DNA from: an uncultured Clostridia bacterium
GTDB taxonomy: Bacteria; Bacillota; Clostridia; TANB77; CAG-508
Assembly (NCBI GenBank): GCA_934167735.1
Contig: CAKPLV010000001.1
Span: 1 to 32,931, forward strand
Reading direction: 5' to 3'
Length of the DNA: 32,931 bases
Made by a program: the position numbers and the translations under genes. Positions 9,454 to 17,456 of the stretch are shown one piece after another; the stretch's first letter is position 1; each line of letters starts with the position of its first letter. The notes under the pieces were generated by a model, which was not told the origin of the DNA, did no database searches, and worked only from the letters and a program-made list of their open reading frames with translations.

Positions 9454-9493
9454 TGTAATAAAAACTTAATATTTTTGTAACAGTTTTGTAACA
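9454..9493. promoter_or_regulatory. Phased hexamer array TGTAAT-N5-CTTAAT-N5-TGTAAC-N5-TGTAAC; the last pair is a perfect WalR/YycF-type box
   Basis: Plus-strand copies start at 9454, 9465, 9476 and 9487, an exact 11-bp period. The array lies 13 nt upstream of the sepF -35 and abuts the stop codon of the upstream gene. Confidence 0.45.
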
Positions 9494-10699
9494 TTATGGA
9501 TTAACCAAAATTTCATCATAATTGTTTATTTTCTTATACCCTTTTATACTTTTTTCATCATATCCTATTTCTTTTAATTCATCTGTTGAATAAGAAGATA
9601 TTATTGAAAATTTATCTGATTTTCTTTCTATTTTTACTAATATTTTGGTTTGAACCCCTGCTTTATTTCTAACAACATAATTTAATCCATTTTCTTCTAT
9701 TATAGCTTGATTAGGTACTTTTAATCCAGTTTTACTCCACCAAATAACATTAACATCTATTTTTCTGTGGTTTATAAGATTTTCATTCATTTCATTAATT
9801 TTAAATATTATTGTTCTTTTTCCACTTTGTTCATTTATATGCACAATCTTTGCATCTGTTTCCATTTTATCTGTTGTTCTTAATTTAACGGAATTTCCAA
9901 CTTTTGCTTCCATTGCTTTATCTGAATCCATTACAATTGCTATATAACATTTAAAATTATCTATTACTTTTCCAGAATCAGTACTTGTTGATACAATTTG
10001 ACCTGTTTTCAATTCTTTTTCTTCTAAAAATTCTTGTGTCATTTGGCTAAAATTATCCTCAGTAAATACATCTTCAAGTCCATCAACTCTATAGGACACA
10101 ATTCCACTCATTGGTGCTTTTATATATTCTGATCCTTTTTTCAAATTATCTTCATATTTTTTTCTTTGTTGAATTAATTTTTTAATTTCGCTATTTTCAG
10201 TTGCTTCTCCAACAAAGTTAATTTTTTTACCAATTAGTGTGTCTATACTATTTTTATATTCAGTTATTTCTTGATAATTATTTAATTGTTTTAATCCTTC
10301 TATTTTTGATTCAATTTGATTTTCAATTGCTTTTATATCTGCAGATTGATTATTTCCTGTATCTTCTTCAAGCAATTTTTGAATTTGATAATCTATATCT
10401 TTTATTTTTCCTGCTGTTTCTTTCTCACTATTACTGTAATATCTGTATATTGAATCATCTTTTGCGACTTTTTGACCTTCTGTAGCTATTTGATAAATTC
10501 CATTTGTATTATTTGTTGATTCTGGAATTTCTTCATCTCTTATAATATATCCAGCTGTTGTTTCTTCAGCTGATATAGTTCCCTGTTTTACAATATAAGT
10601 ATCTGTCGGATTAACAATCAATAAATATAATGCATATGCAATATATGATAAAATCGCAATTACCAATATTATCGCAATAGCCTTTTTGACCTTACCCAA
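9494..10699 (-). CDS. HlyD/membrane-fusion-like protein with N-terminal membrane anchor
   Basis: 401 aa. TTG start with AGGAG RBS 9 nt upstream, one N-terminal TM, a long coiled-coil hairpin region, a barrel-sandwich-like segment (APMSGIVSYRVDGLE) and a beta-rich C-terminus. Family assignment is by pattern only. Confidence 0.55.
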   Translation of the reverse strand: MGKVKKAIAIILVIAILSYIAYALYLLIVNPTDTYIVKQGTISAEETTAGYIIRDEEIPESTNNTNGIYQIATEGQKVAKDDSIYRYYSNSEKETAGKIKDIDYQIQKLLEEDTGNNQSADIKAIENQIESKIEGLKQLNNYQEITEYKNSIDTLIGKKINFVGEATENSEIKKLIQQRKKYEDNLKKGSEYIKAPMSGIVSYRVDGLEDVFTEDNFSQMTQEFLEEKELKTGQIVSTSTDSGKVIDNFKCYIAIVMDSDKAMEAKVGNSVKLRTTDKMETDAKIVHINEQSGKRTIIFKINEMNENLINHRKIDVNVIWWSKTGLKVPNQAIIEENGLNYVVRNKAGVQTKILVKIERKSDKFSIISSYSTDELKEIGYDEKSIKGYKKINNYDEILVNP

Positions 10700-10723
10700 A
10701 CTTTTTCACTCCTAATCATTTGT

Positions 10724-11644
10724 CTATTTATTTACATTTTCTAAAATAATTTCAATGTTGTCTTTTTTATCTTTTTCTCCATCTAACCATATTGTCTGCT
10801 TATTTTTCTTAAACCATGTTATTTGTCTTTTTGCATATCTTCTTGTTTCCATTTTGATTTTTTCAATCATTTCTTCTTTTGTTACTTTATTTTCTATGTA
10901 TTCAACTACTTCTTTATATCCCAATCCTTGCATAGCTGTTGGAAATTCTTTATATTTCTTTACTAAATTTTCAACTTCTTCTATCAATCCTTGGTCTATC
11001 ATTATGTCTACTCTTCTATTGATTCTATCATATAGTTTTTCTCTTTCCATATTTATTGCAAATACTTTGTAGTCATATTTTACTTCTTGTCTTGACTCAA
11101 GCTCTTGTTGTGTTTTTGTTTTTCCTGTAGCTTTGTATATTTCTAATACTCTTATAATTCTTTTTTTGTCATTTCTACTTATTTTTTGCATTGCTTCTAA
11201 ATCTATTTTTTTTGCTTCTTCATATAATTTATCTAGTCCTTCTTGTTCTGCAATGTTTTCAAGTTGATTTCTATATTGTTCATCTAGTTTTATGTCTTGA
11301 TATTCAATTCCATATATTAAACTATCAACATATAAACCTGTACCACCAACAATTATTGGTGTTTTTCCTTTTTTTAATATTTCTTCAATTTTTTCTGTTG
11401 CATCTTTTTGAAATTCTGCAACACTATATCTTGTATCTGGTGAAACAAAATCCAATAAATAATGGGGTATTCCATCCATTTCTTCTACTGTTGGCTTGGC
11501 TGTACCAATATTCATATCTTTATAAATTTGCATAGAATCACTTGATATTATTTCTCCGTTTATTTTTTTTGCTAATTCAATTGATAATGCTGTTTTTCCA
11601 GATGCTGTTGGTCCACATATCACTATTACTTTTGGTTTGTCCAT
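10724..11644 (-). CDS. miaA: tRNA dimethylallyltransferase MiaA
   Basis: 306 aa. VIVICGPTASGKTALSIELAKKINGEIISSDSMQIYKDMNIGTAKPT with P-loop. Typical position downstream of mutL. Confidence 0.95.
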   Translation of the reverse strand: MDKPKVIVICGPTASGKTALSIELAKKINGEIISSDSMQIYKDMNIGTAKPTVEEMDGIPHYLLDFVSPDTRYSVAEFQKDATEKIEEILKKGKTPIIVGGTGLYVDSLIYGIEYQDIKLDEQYRNQLENIAEQEGLDKLYEEAKKIDLEAMQKISRNDKKRIIRVLEIYKATGKTKTQQELESRQEVKYDYKVFAINMEREKLYDRINRRVDIMIDQGLIEEVENLVKKYKEFPTAMQGLGYKEVVEYIENKVTKEEMIEKIKMETRRYAKRQITWFKKNKQTIWLDGEKDKKDNIEIILENVNK

Positions 11645-11656
11645 TTTTCTCCCTCT

Positions 11657-12085
11657 TTACATTTTTGCTGCAACATCTAAAATTCCTAATTGTATATTTT
11701 TTAAATACATTACTTCTATTACTGAAATTATAATAAATACAATTAGTAATTTAAACAATTTTTGAACAGCTTCTTTTTTACTTATTTCATCAAATTTAGT
11801 ATTACTAAATACTTTTGCAATATATGGCATTAATACTATACCATTTATTGGTGTAAATACCATTACTAATATTTTGCTAACTTCGTGTCTTACTTCATCT
11901 GTTATATAATTCATTCCTCTAGCTGAAAGTGAAAATAAAATACTTGTAATTAGCCAACATACTAAAATTCCTGCTGCACAAAATATAACTCTTTCCATTC
12001 CTTCAAACGCTTCTAATCTATACCATGTAAATCCTACTAGCACTATAAATAATGCTATTACAACTATAATTATAAATGAAGTCAT
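11657..12085 (-). CDS. Small integral membrane protein (about 4 TM), unknown function
   Basis: The ORF-track start at 12115 lies inside mutL. The ATG at 12085 has an AGGAGA RBS 6 nt upstream and begins the first TM (MTSFIIIVVIALFIV), so the shorter 142-aa form is preferred. Confidence 0.6.
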   Translation of the reverse strand: MTSFIIIVVIALFIVLVGFTWYRLEAFEGMERVIFCAAGILVCWLITSILFSLSARGMNYITDEVRHEVSKILVMVFTPINGIVLMPYIAKVFSNTKFDEISKKEAVQKLFKLLIVFIIISVIEVMYLKNIQLGILDVAAKM

Positions 12086-12101
12086 TTTTATTCTCCTATC
12101 T

Positions 12102-14516
12102 TTATTTTCTTGCAAATTTTCTTTCTATATCATATTTTGACATTTTTATTGCTGATGATTTTCCATTAGGACAATTAAATGGATTTGGCCATGACAATAA
12201 TGTATCTAGTAAACGTTCTATATCTGATTGTGTTGTAAGTGTTTGCTCATTTTCTGCTACTTTATGTGCTACTGCTGAAAGGAATTTTTCTTCTACTTCT
12301 TTTTTTGCATTTCTTGATACTGAATTTATTTCTTCTAGTACTTCAATAAACATTTCTTTTGTTTCTAGTTCTAAGCACATTTCTGGTACTCCTGTTAATT
12401 TGATTGTGTTTTCTCCAAATTCTTCTACCATAAATCCTGCTTTTCTAAACATTTTCATATTGTCTTTTGCAATTTCCATTTGTTTTCTATTTAATGTTAT
12501 TATGTCTGGTAATAACATTAATTGAGAATCTTTATTTTCATCATCATAATAGTTTTCTCTTATCTTGTCATATATTAATTTTTCTTTTGCAAGATTTTGA
12601 TCTATTATGTACATTTCTTTGTCTATTTCTACAACAATGTAACTGTCAAATATCAAACCAATGTATTTATATGTAGGTTTTTGATATTCTTCTATATTGT
12701 CAAACATTGATATATTATTACCAAGTTCAGCAATATCATCTACTTCTGTTTTTTCTTCTTCTGGTTTTATTTCATTTTCTTCACTAACAGGTTTTGTACC
12801 AAATAATTTTAAATACATTTCTTCAAATTCTTTTGAGAATCCTGAATTTTCTTCTTTTTCTTCCTTCTGAATTGTATCCACACTATAATGTGTTTCTTCC
12901 TCTTGTACTTGTGGTTCTTCTTGTATTTGTGGTACAACAGGCTCAACCTTTGGCTCTATTACTGTTTTTACTATTTTCTCTAGTTCTGGCTCTATTACCG
13001 GTTTTACTATTTCCTCTTTCTTTGTTTCTATTATAGGTTCTTCAATTGTAGTTACTTCTTCTGGTTTTATTTGAATTGTGTCTTGTTCTTCAGGTATTTC
13101 ATTTAAAATTACTTCTTCTTTTATTTCATGTTTTTCTTCTTGTACAATTTCTGCTTTTGGTTCTTCTATTATTTCATGATTTTTTTCTGTTTCTTCTAAT
13201 TTTGCTTTTAATTCTGGTGATTCTTGTATTAATTTTTCTTTCATTTCTTGAAGTTTTTTTAGTACTTCTTGACTTTTTTGTATTTCAGGAATTGATGTGT
13301 CTATTTCTTCTACTTTTGCTACATTTTCAACATTTCCTGGTTCTACAACTTTTTCTACTGTTTCCACTTTTTCTACTTTGTTTACAGTAGGCATTGGCAC
13401 ACTTCTTGGTATTGAAGGTATTCCATTTAATTGTCTTGCTTTATATATTTGTTCAACTATTGTTTCTACTTTTTCTTTATTTTCGAAAAGTCTATTTTCT
13501 ATTTTTTTAGGTTCTGTTGTACTTATTTCTGCTTGTTCTAGCGTATCTTTTATTGCATGATATACAGCTTTAAATACTCTATTTTCTTCTTCAAATCTAA
13601 CTTCTAGTTTTGCTGGATGAACATTAACATCTACTTTACTTGGGTTCATTTCAAGATTTAATACTAAAAAGCTAAATTTACCCATTGGTATTATTCCTTT
13701 ATATGCTCTTTCTGCTGCTGATGTTAATGACTTGTCTCTAACATATCTTTTATTTACAAAAAATATTTGACTAGATCTGTTTGAACGAGCTATGTCTGGT
13801 TTTCCAATTACTCCACAAACACGAATATCTTCATATTCGTAATTTACATCTATAACTGATTTTGCAATATCTTTTCCATATATACTATATATTACAGTTT
13901 TTAGATCTCCATTTCCATTTGTTTGAATTGCTATTTTTCCAGAATTAATTAATTTTATTGATATTTCTGGATGTACTAATGCTATTCTTGTTATAACATC
14001 TTCTATATATCCTGCTTCTGTATAATCTTTCTTTAGGAATTTGTATCTTACTGGTGTATTATAAAATAAATTGCTTACAGTTATTGATGTTCCAACTGGT
14101 GTTCCTACTTCTGTTTTTTCTAGTATTTTTCCACCTTCTACAACTACTTTATATCCATTTGTTTGTGTAGCCGTTTTTGAAATCATTTCAACTTTTGCTA
14201 TTGAAGCAATACTTGCCAATGCTTCTCCTCTGAACCCCATTGATGTAACAGTGTTTAAGTCATCTGCTGATCTTATTTTACTTGTTGCATGTCTTTCAAA
14301 TGCTATTTCTAAATCGTCTTCAGCAATTCCTTTTCCATTATCTGTTACTCTTATATATGAGATTCCTCCATTTTTTATTTCTACTGTTATATTTGTTGCT
14401 CCTGCATCAATTGAGTTTTCTACCATTTCTTTTATTACTGATGATGGTCTTTCTATAACTTCTCCTGCAGCTATTTTGTTTATTGTTAAATCATCTAATA
14501 ATACTATGTTACCCAT
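12102..14516 (-). CDS. mutL: DNA mismatch repair protein MutL with extended acidic linker and non-canonical endonuclease motifs
   Basis: GHKL ATPase motifs: ENSIDAGAT, DNGKGI, GFRGEALASI, GTSITV. C-terminal dimerisation domain carries the clamp motif QLMLLP. Preferred start is the second ATG (MGNIVLLDD, 14516), 9 nt from GGAAGGA. The ORF-track start at 14525 abuts the RBS. Confidence 0.9.
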   Translation of the reverse strand: MGNIVLLDDLTINKIAAGEVIERPSSVIKEMVENSIDAGATNITVEIKNGGISYIRVTDNGKGIAEDDLEIAFERHATSKIRSADDLNTVTSMGFRGEALASIASIAKVEMISKTATQTNGYKVVVEGGKILEKTEVGTPVGTSITVSNLFYNTPVRYKFLKKDYTEAGYIEDVITRIALVHPEISIKLINSGKIAIQTNGNGDLKTVIYSIYGKDIAKSVIDVNYEYEDIRVCGVIGKPDIARSNRSSQIFFVNKRYVRDKSLTSAAERAYKGIIPMGKFSFLVLNLEMNPSKVDVNVHPAKLEVRFEEENRVFKAVYHAIKDTLEQAEISTTEPKKIENRLFENKEKVETIVEQIYKARQLNGIPSIPRSVPMPTVNKVEKVETVEKVVEPGNVENVAKVEEIDTSIPEIQKSQEVLKKLQEMKEKLIQESPELKAKLEETEKNHEIIEEPKAEIVQEEKHEIKEEVILNEIPEEQDTIQIKPEEVTTIEEPIIETKKEEIVKPVIEPELEKIVKTVIEPKVEPVVPQIQEEPQVQEEETHYSVDTIQKEEKEENSGFSKEFEEMYLKLFGTKPVSEENEIKPEEEKTEVDDIAELGNNISMFDNIEEYQKPTYKYIGLIFDSYIVVEIDKEMYIIDQNLAKEKLIYDKIRENYYDDENKDSQLMLLPDIITLNRKQMEIAKDNMKMFRKAGFMVEEFGENTIKLTGVPEMCLELETKEMFIEVLEEINSVSRNAKKEVEEKFLSAVAHKVAENEQTLTTQSDIERLLDTLLSWPNPFNCPNGKSSAIKMSKYDIERKFARK

Positions 14517-14584
14517 TTTTTTCATTCCTTCCTAAGTACAATTCAGTTTTTACTGCTTTTCTTATGCTATTTTATTACTCTTGT

Positions 14585-14613
14585 ATTTTATCATTTATGT
14601 TTTTTATTATCAA
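14585..14613 (-). promoter_or_regulatory. Sigma-A-type promoter for mutL: TTGATA-17 nt-TAAAAT
   Basis: Minus-strand TTGATA at 14613-14608 and TAAAAT at 14590-14585, about 60 nt upstream of the mutL start. Confidence 0.5.
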
Positions 14614-14814
14614 GTATTTTTTCTATATTTTCAACTTAATAATCACTATTAAATAATAATTTTGTTACAATATTCATTTTTATTTTTTTCATTGTAACAC
14701 AAGAAATTTTTTTCGTATATATTTTTGTAACATTTTTTTCCATAAACCATATTATATATTATCAAAAGAAAAATTACAGAGTTTAAATTTTCTTAATTGA
14801 AAGGGGGGTTTTAT

Positions 14815-14931
14815 ATGCCAGAAAATAGAGGTTGTGGTGGATTCGGTTTCGGTGATGACTGTTGCTGGATAATCATTCTTATACTTTTAATCTGTTGCTG
14901 TTGTGGTGGTAACAGAGGAGGATGTTGCTAA
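14815..14931 (+). CDS. 38-aa Cys/Gly-rich tiny membrane peptide (resembles the YjcZ / TIGR01732 'tiny TM' sporulation-peptide family)
   Basis: Not in the ORF track because it is too short. ATG at 14815 lies 6 nt after the strong SD AAAGGGGGG. Translation: MPENRGCGGFGFGDDCCWIIILILLICCCCGGNRGGCC, then TAA. A good terminator follows directly. Confidence 0.6.
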   Translation: MPENRGCGGFGFGDDCCWIIILILLICCCCGGNRGGCC

Positions 14932-14946
14932 TCCTATAGACATATA

Positions 14947-14978
14947 AAGAAGGCTCCCTTTCGAGAGTCTTCTTTTTT
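14947..14978 (+). terminator. Rho-independent terminator after the small peptide gene
   Basis: AAGAAGGCTC pairs with GAGTCTTCTT (10 bp including one G.U), 8-nt loop, then a T6 run. Confidence 0.65.
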
Positions 14979-15036
14979 ACATTTTGTATTGTATTTTTTC
15001 TATTTTTATATTACAATATTGATGAGGTGTTTTAAT

Positions 15037-16434
15037 ATGAAAAAGAAAATATGTTTAACAATATTTTTGTTAATTATTTTAATGGCAAATAGTGTTTTTG
15101 CTGTTTCAACAACAATGCAAATTGTTGAAGACAATGTCTGTACAATAAATTTAACAGATTCATCTAGTCTTGAAAAGAAATTAATTAGTTATGATTTAAC
15201 TAAACATCAAGTAACTTTACAATTAAAAGTAAAAAATGATTCAAAAGTTATTATTCCATCTGGAGAGTTAATGTTAGTTATTGATAGTTCTCAAAGTATG
15301 GATACAGTTGTTTCTGGAACGACAACAAGAAAAGATTTAGTATTAAATTCAGCTAACAAATTAGTTGAAAGTTTACTAACAGCAAATAGTTCAACATTAA
15401 AAATTGGTGTTGTAACATTTTCAACAAGTGCCGAGAAAGATCCAAATACAGGTGCTTTAATTACAGGAACAGAAGCAGATGCTCAAAAAGTTTGTAATTT
15501 AACAAATAACTTGTCACAATTAAAAACTAGTATTTCAGGAATCCAAGGTGTTGGACAATATACTGACCTAGATTCTGGTTTACAATTAGCTAAAAAATCA
15601 TTTTCATCTGAGAACAATAATAAATACATGATTGTATTAACAGATGGGTTACCAAACATAGCTGTTGGTTATAATGATTTAGTTTCATACCAAGGTTTAA
15701 CAAATATAATTAATCAAACAAAATCAACATTAACTTCTTTTGGAAATACAAAAATTATAACAATGTTAACTGGTATTGATAATGAAGAAGCAACATTTAG
15801 ACAAGAAGGAACTCAAATATATACATATGGTGATGTTATAAAAGCTGTTTTTGGAACAGTCGAAAATCCAACAGTTGGTAAATTCTATAATGTAAAAGAT
15901 ACTGATATAGAAAATACAATAACAAATTCAATTTATAGAGATCTACTACCAATTGCAAAAACTTTAAAAAATATAAAAGTTGTAGATTACTTCCCTCAAT
16001 ATATTGTTGATAATTTTGAAATGACATATGTTGATGGAATAGATACTTCAAATGTTTCTGCACAAATAGATACAACAACAAATAGTATTACTTGGAATAT
16101 TGCAGAACTAGCACCAGATGAAACTGCAACTATCCAATATAATTTAAAATTAAAAGATGAATTTAGTGAAGAAATTATTGATAAGATATTAGACACAAAC
16201 GAAAAAGTTGATGTAACTTATGATGATTATGATGGTAATAAACAAAATAAAACTTCAGATGTTACTCCAAAAATTAAATTAATTAAAGATGAAGAACCAG
16301 TTGTTCCTAAAGATGACACTGTTGCACCAGAACCATTACCAAAAGCAGGATCTGCATTTGTTGCAATCGGAGCATTTATATTACTTACAGGTTCAGCTAT
16401 ATTCTTCGGATATAATTCCAAAAAAATAAAATAA
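15037..16434 (+). CDS. Secreted von Willebrand factor A-domain protein with C-terminal LPKAG cell-wall sorting signal
   Basis: Preferred start is the ATG at 15037, with GAGGTG RBS 7 nt upstream and signal peptide MKKKICLTIFLLIILMANSVFA. MIDAS DSSQSM, and LTDG. An Ig-like stalk region (ITWNIAELAPDETATIQYNLKLK). LPKAG (16336-16350) is followed by a hydrophobic helix and a KKIK tail. Confidence 0.85.
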   Translation: MKKKICLTIFLLIILMANSVFAVSTTMQIVEDNVCTINLTDSSSLEKKLISYDLTKHQVTLQLKVKNDSKVIIPSGELMLVIDSSQSMDTVVSGTTTRKDLVLNSANKLVESLLTANSSTLKIGVVTFSTSAEKDPNTGALITGTEADAQKVCNLTNNLSQLKTSISGIQGVGQYTDLDSGLQLAKKSFSSENNNKYMIVLTDGLPNIAVGYNDLVSYQGLTNIINQTKSTLTSFGNTKIITMLTGIDNEEATFRQEGTQIYTYGDVIKAVFGTVENPTVGKFYNVKDTDIENTITNSIYRDLLPIAKTLKNIKVVDYFPQYIVDNFEMTYVDGIDTSNVSAQIDTTTNSITWNIAELAPDETATIQYNLKLKDEFSEEIIDKILDTNEKVDVTYDDYDGNKQNKTSDVTPKIKLIKDEEPVVPKDDTVAPEPLPKAGSAFVAIGAFILLTGSAIFFGYNSKKIK

Positions 16435-16463
16435 AAAAATGGACTTTTATGGTCCATTTTTTA
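16433..16463. terminator. Bidirectional terminator between the convergent vWA gene and mreB
   Basis: ATGGAC (16439-16444) pairs with GTCCAT (16452-16457), flanked by an A7 run and a T6 run. Confidence 0.6.
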
Positions 16464-17456
16464 TTTTCTATCTAATGCATCTAAATTATCAAGTGCCTTA
16501 CCTGTTCCTAATGCAACACATGATACAGCATCATTTGCAATCATAACATTTATTCCTGTTTTTTCTTGTAATAGTTTATCTAATCCATCTACTAAGCATC
16601 CTCCACCAGTCATATAAATACCTTTGTCACTTATGTCTGCGGCAAGTTCTGGTGGTGTTTTTTCTAATACTGAATGTACAGCATCAACAATCATCATTGC
16701 TGGCTCAATAAGAGCTTCTAGCATTTCACTTGAATATACTGTTATTGTTCTTGGTAATCCAGTAGTTAAATCTCTACCTCTAATCTCCATTTCTGTATCT
16801 TGGATTTTAGGATATACACATCCAATATTAATTTTTAAATCTTCTGCTGTTCTTTCTCCAATCATTATATTATGTTTTTTCTTAATATATTTAACAATAT
16901 ATTCATCAAATTTATCTCCTGCTATTTTTAGAGATGTACTTTCAACAGATCCTCCTAGAGAAATAACTGCTATATCTGTTGTTCCTCCTCCAATATCTAC
17001 AACCATATTTCCACAAGGTTTAGCTATATCTATTCCTGCTCCTATTGCTGCTGCAATTGGTTCTTCTATTAAAAATACTTTTCTAGCTCCTGCTTGTGTT
17101 GCTGCATCTATTACTGCTTTTTTTTCAACTTCTGTAACTCTTGACGGTATACAAATCATTGTCCTTGGTGAAAATAATGTTTTTCCATTTATCTTGTTTA
17201 TGAAATATTTTAGCATTTTTTCTGTTACTGTATAATCTGATATTACTCCATCTCTTAATGGTCTTGTAGCAACTATGTTTCCAGGAGTTCTTCCTAACAT
17301 ACGTCTAGCTTCTTGTCCAACTGCTAAAACTTCTTTTGTATTACTATCTACTGCAACTACAGATGGTTCTCTTAAAACAACACCTTTACCTTTTATATAT
17401 GCAATTACAGTAGCTGTTCCTAAGTCTATACCTATATCTTGACCTAAATTAAACAT
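16461..17456 (-). CDS. mreB: MreB/Mbl-family actin-like rod-shape protein (no mreC/mreD adjacent)
   Basis: 331 aa. IGIDLGTATVIAY, REPSVVAV, VVDIGGGTTDIAVISLGG, GIYMTGGG. Confidence 0.9.
   Translation of the reverse strand: MFNLGQDIGIDLGTATVIAYIKGKGVVLREPSVVAVDSNTKEVLAVGQEARRMLGRTPGNIVATRPLRDGVISDYTVTEKMLKYFINKINGKTLFSPRTMICIPSRVTEVEKKAVIDAATQAGARKVFLIEEPIAAAIGAGIDIAKPCGNMVVDIGGGTTDIAVISLGGSVESTSLKIAGDKFDEYIVKYIKKKHNIMIGERTAEDLKINIGCVYPKIQDTEMEIRGRDLTTGLPRTITVYSSEMLEALIEPAMMIVDAVHSVLEKTPPELAADISDKGIYMTGGGCLVDGLDKLLQEKTGINVMIANDAVSCVALGTGKALDNLDALDRK

Noticed and set aside
14661-14735. Additional TGTTAC/TGTAAC hexamers in the mutL/peptide intergenic region (about 14664, 14694, 14727), spaced 30 and 33 nt apart.
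   Set aside because: Each is an isolated half-site with no partner hexamer at N5 spacing. Single half-sites are expected by chance in AT-rich DNA, so they are not called as regulator boxes.
14815-14931. The Cys-rich peptide as a RiPP precursor (sactipeptide, ranthipeptide/SCIFF or lanthipeptide-like).
   Set aside because: No radical-SAM maturase, lanthionine synthetase, leader peptidase or ABC exporter lies nearby. The gene is monocistronic with its own terminator. The central hydrophobic core fits a membrane-inserted mini-protein better than a leader-core architecture.
14989-15036. Upstream extension of the vWA ORF (MYFFYFYITILMRCFN...).
   Set aside because: The extension has no RBS and overlaps the T-rich region just after the upstream terminator. 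The internal ATG at 15037 has a GAGGTG RBS and opens a canonical signal peptide.
16624-17235. Long plus-strand ORFs lying antisense inside minus-strand genes (e.g. 64-285, 1470-1844, 6216-6686, 12076-12525, 14071-14535, 16624-17235, 21856-22311, 31890-32243).
   Set aside because: Their translations are low-complexity, F/L/I/S-rich strings typical of the antisense frame of AT-rich genes. They lack an RBS and fully overlap confidently identified genes (mreB, ftsK, mutL and others).
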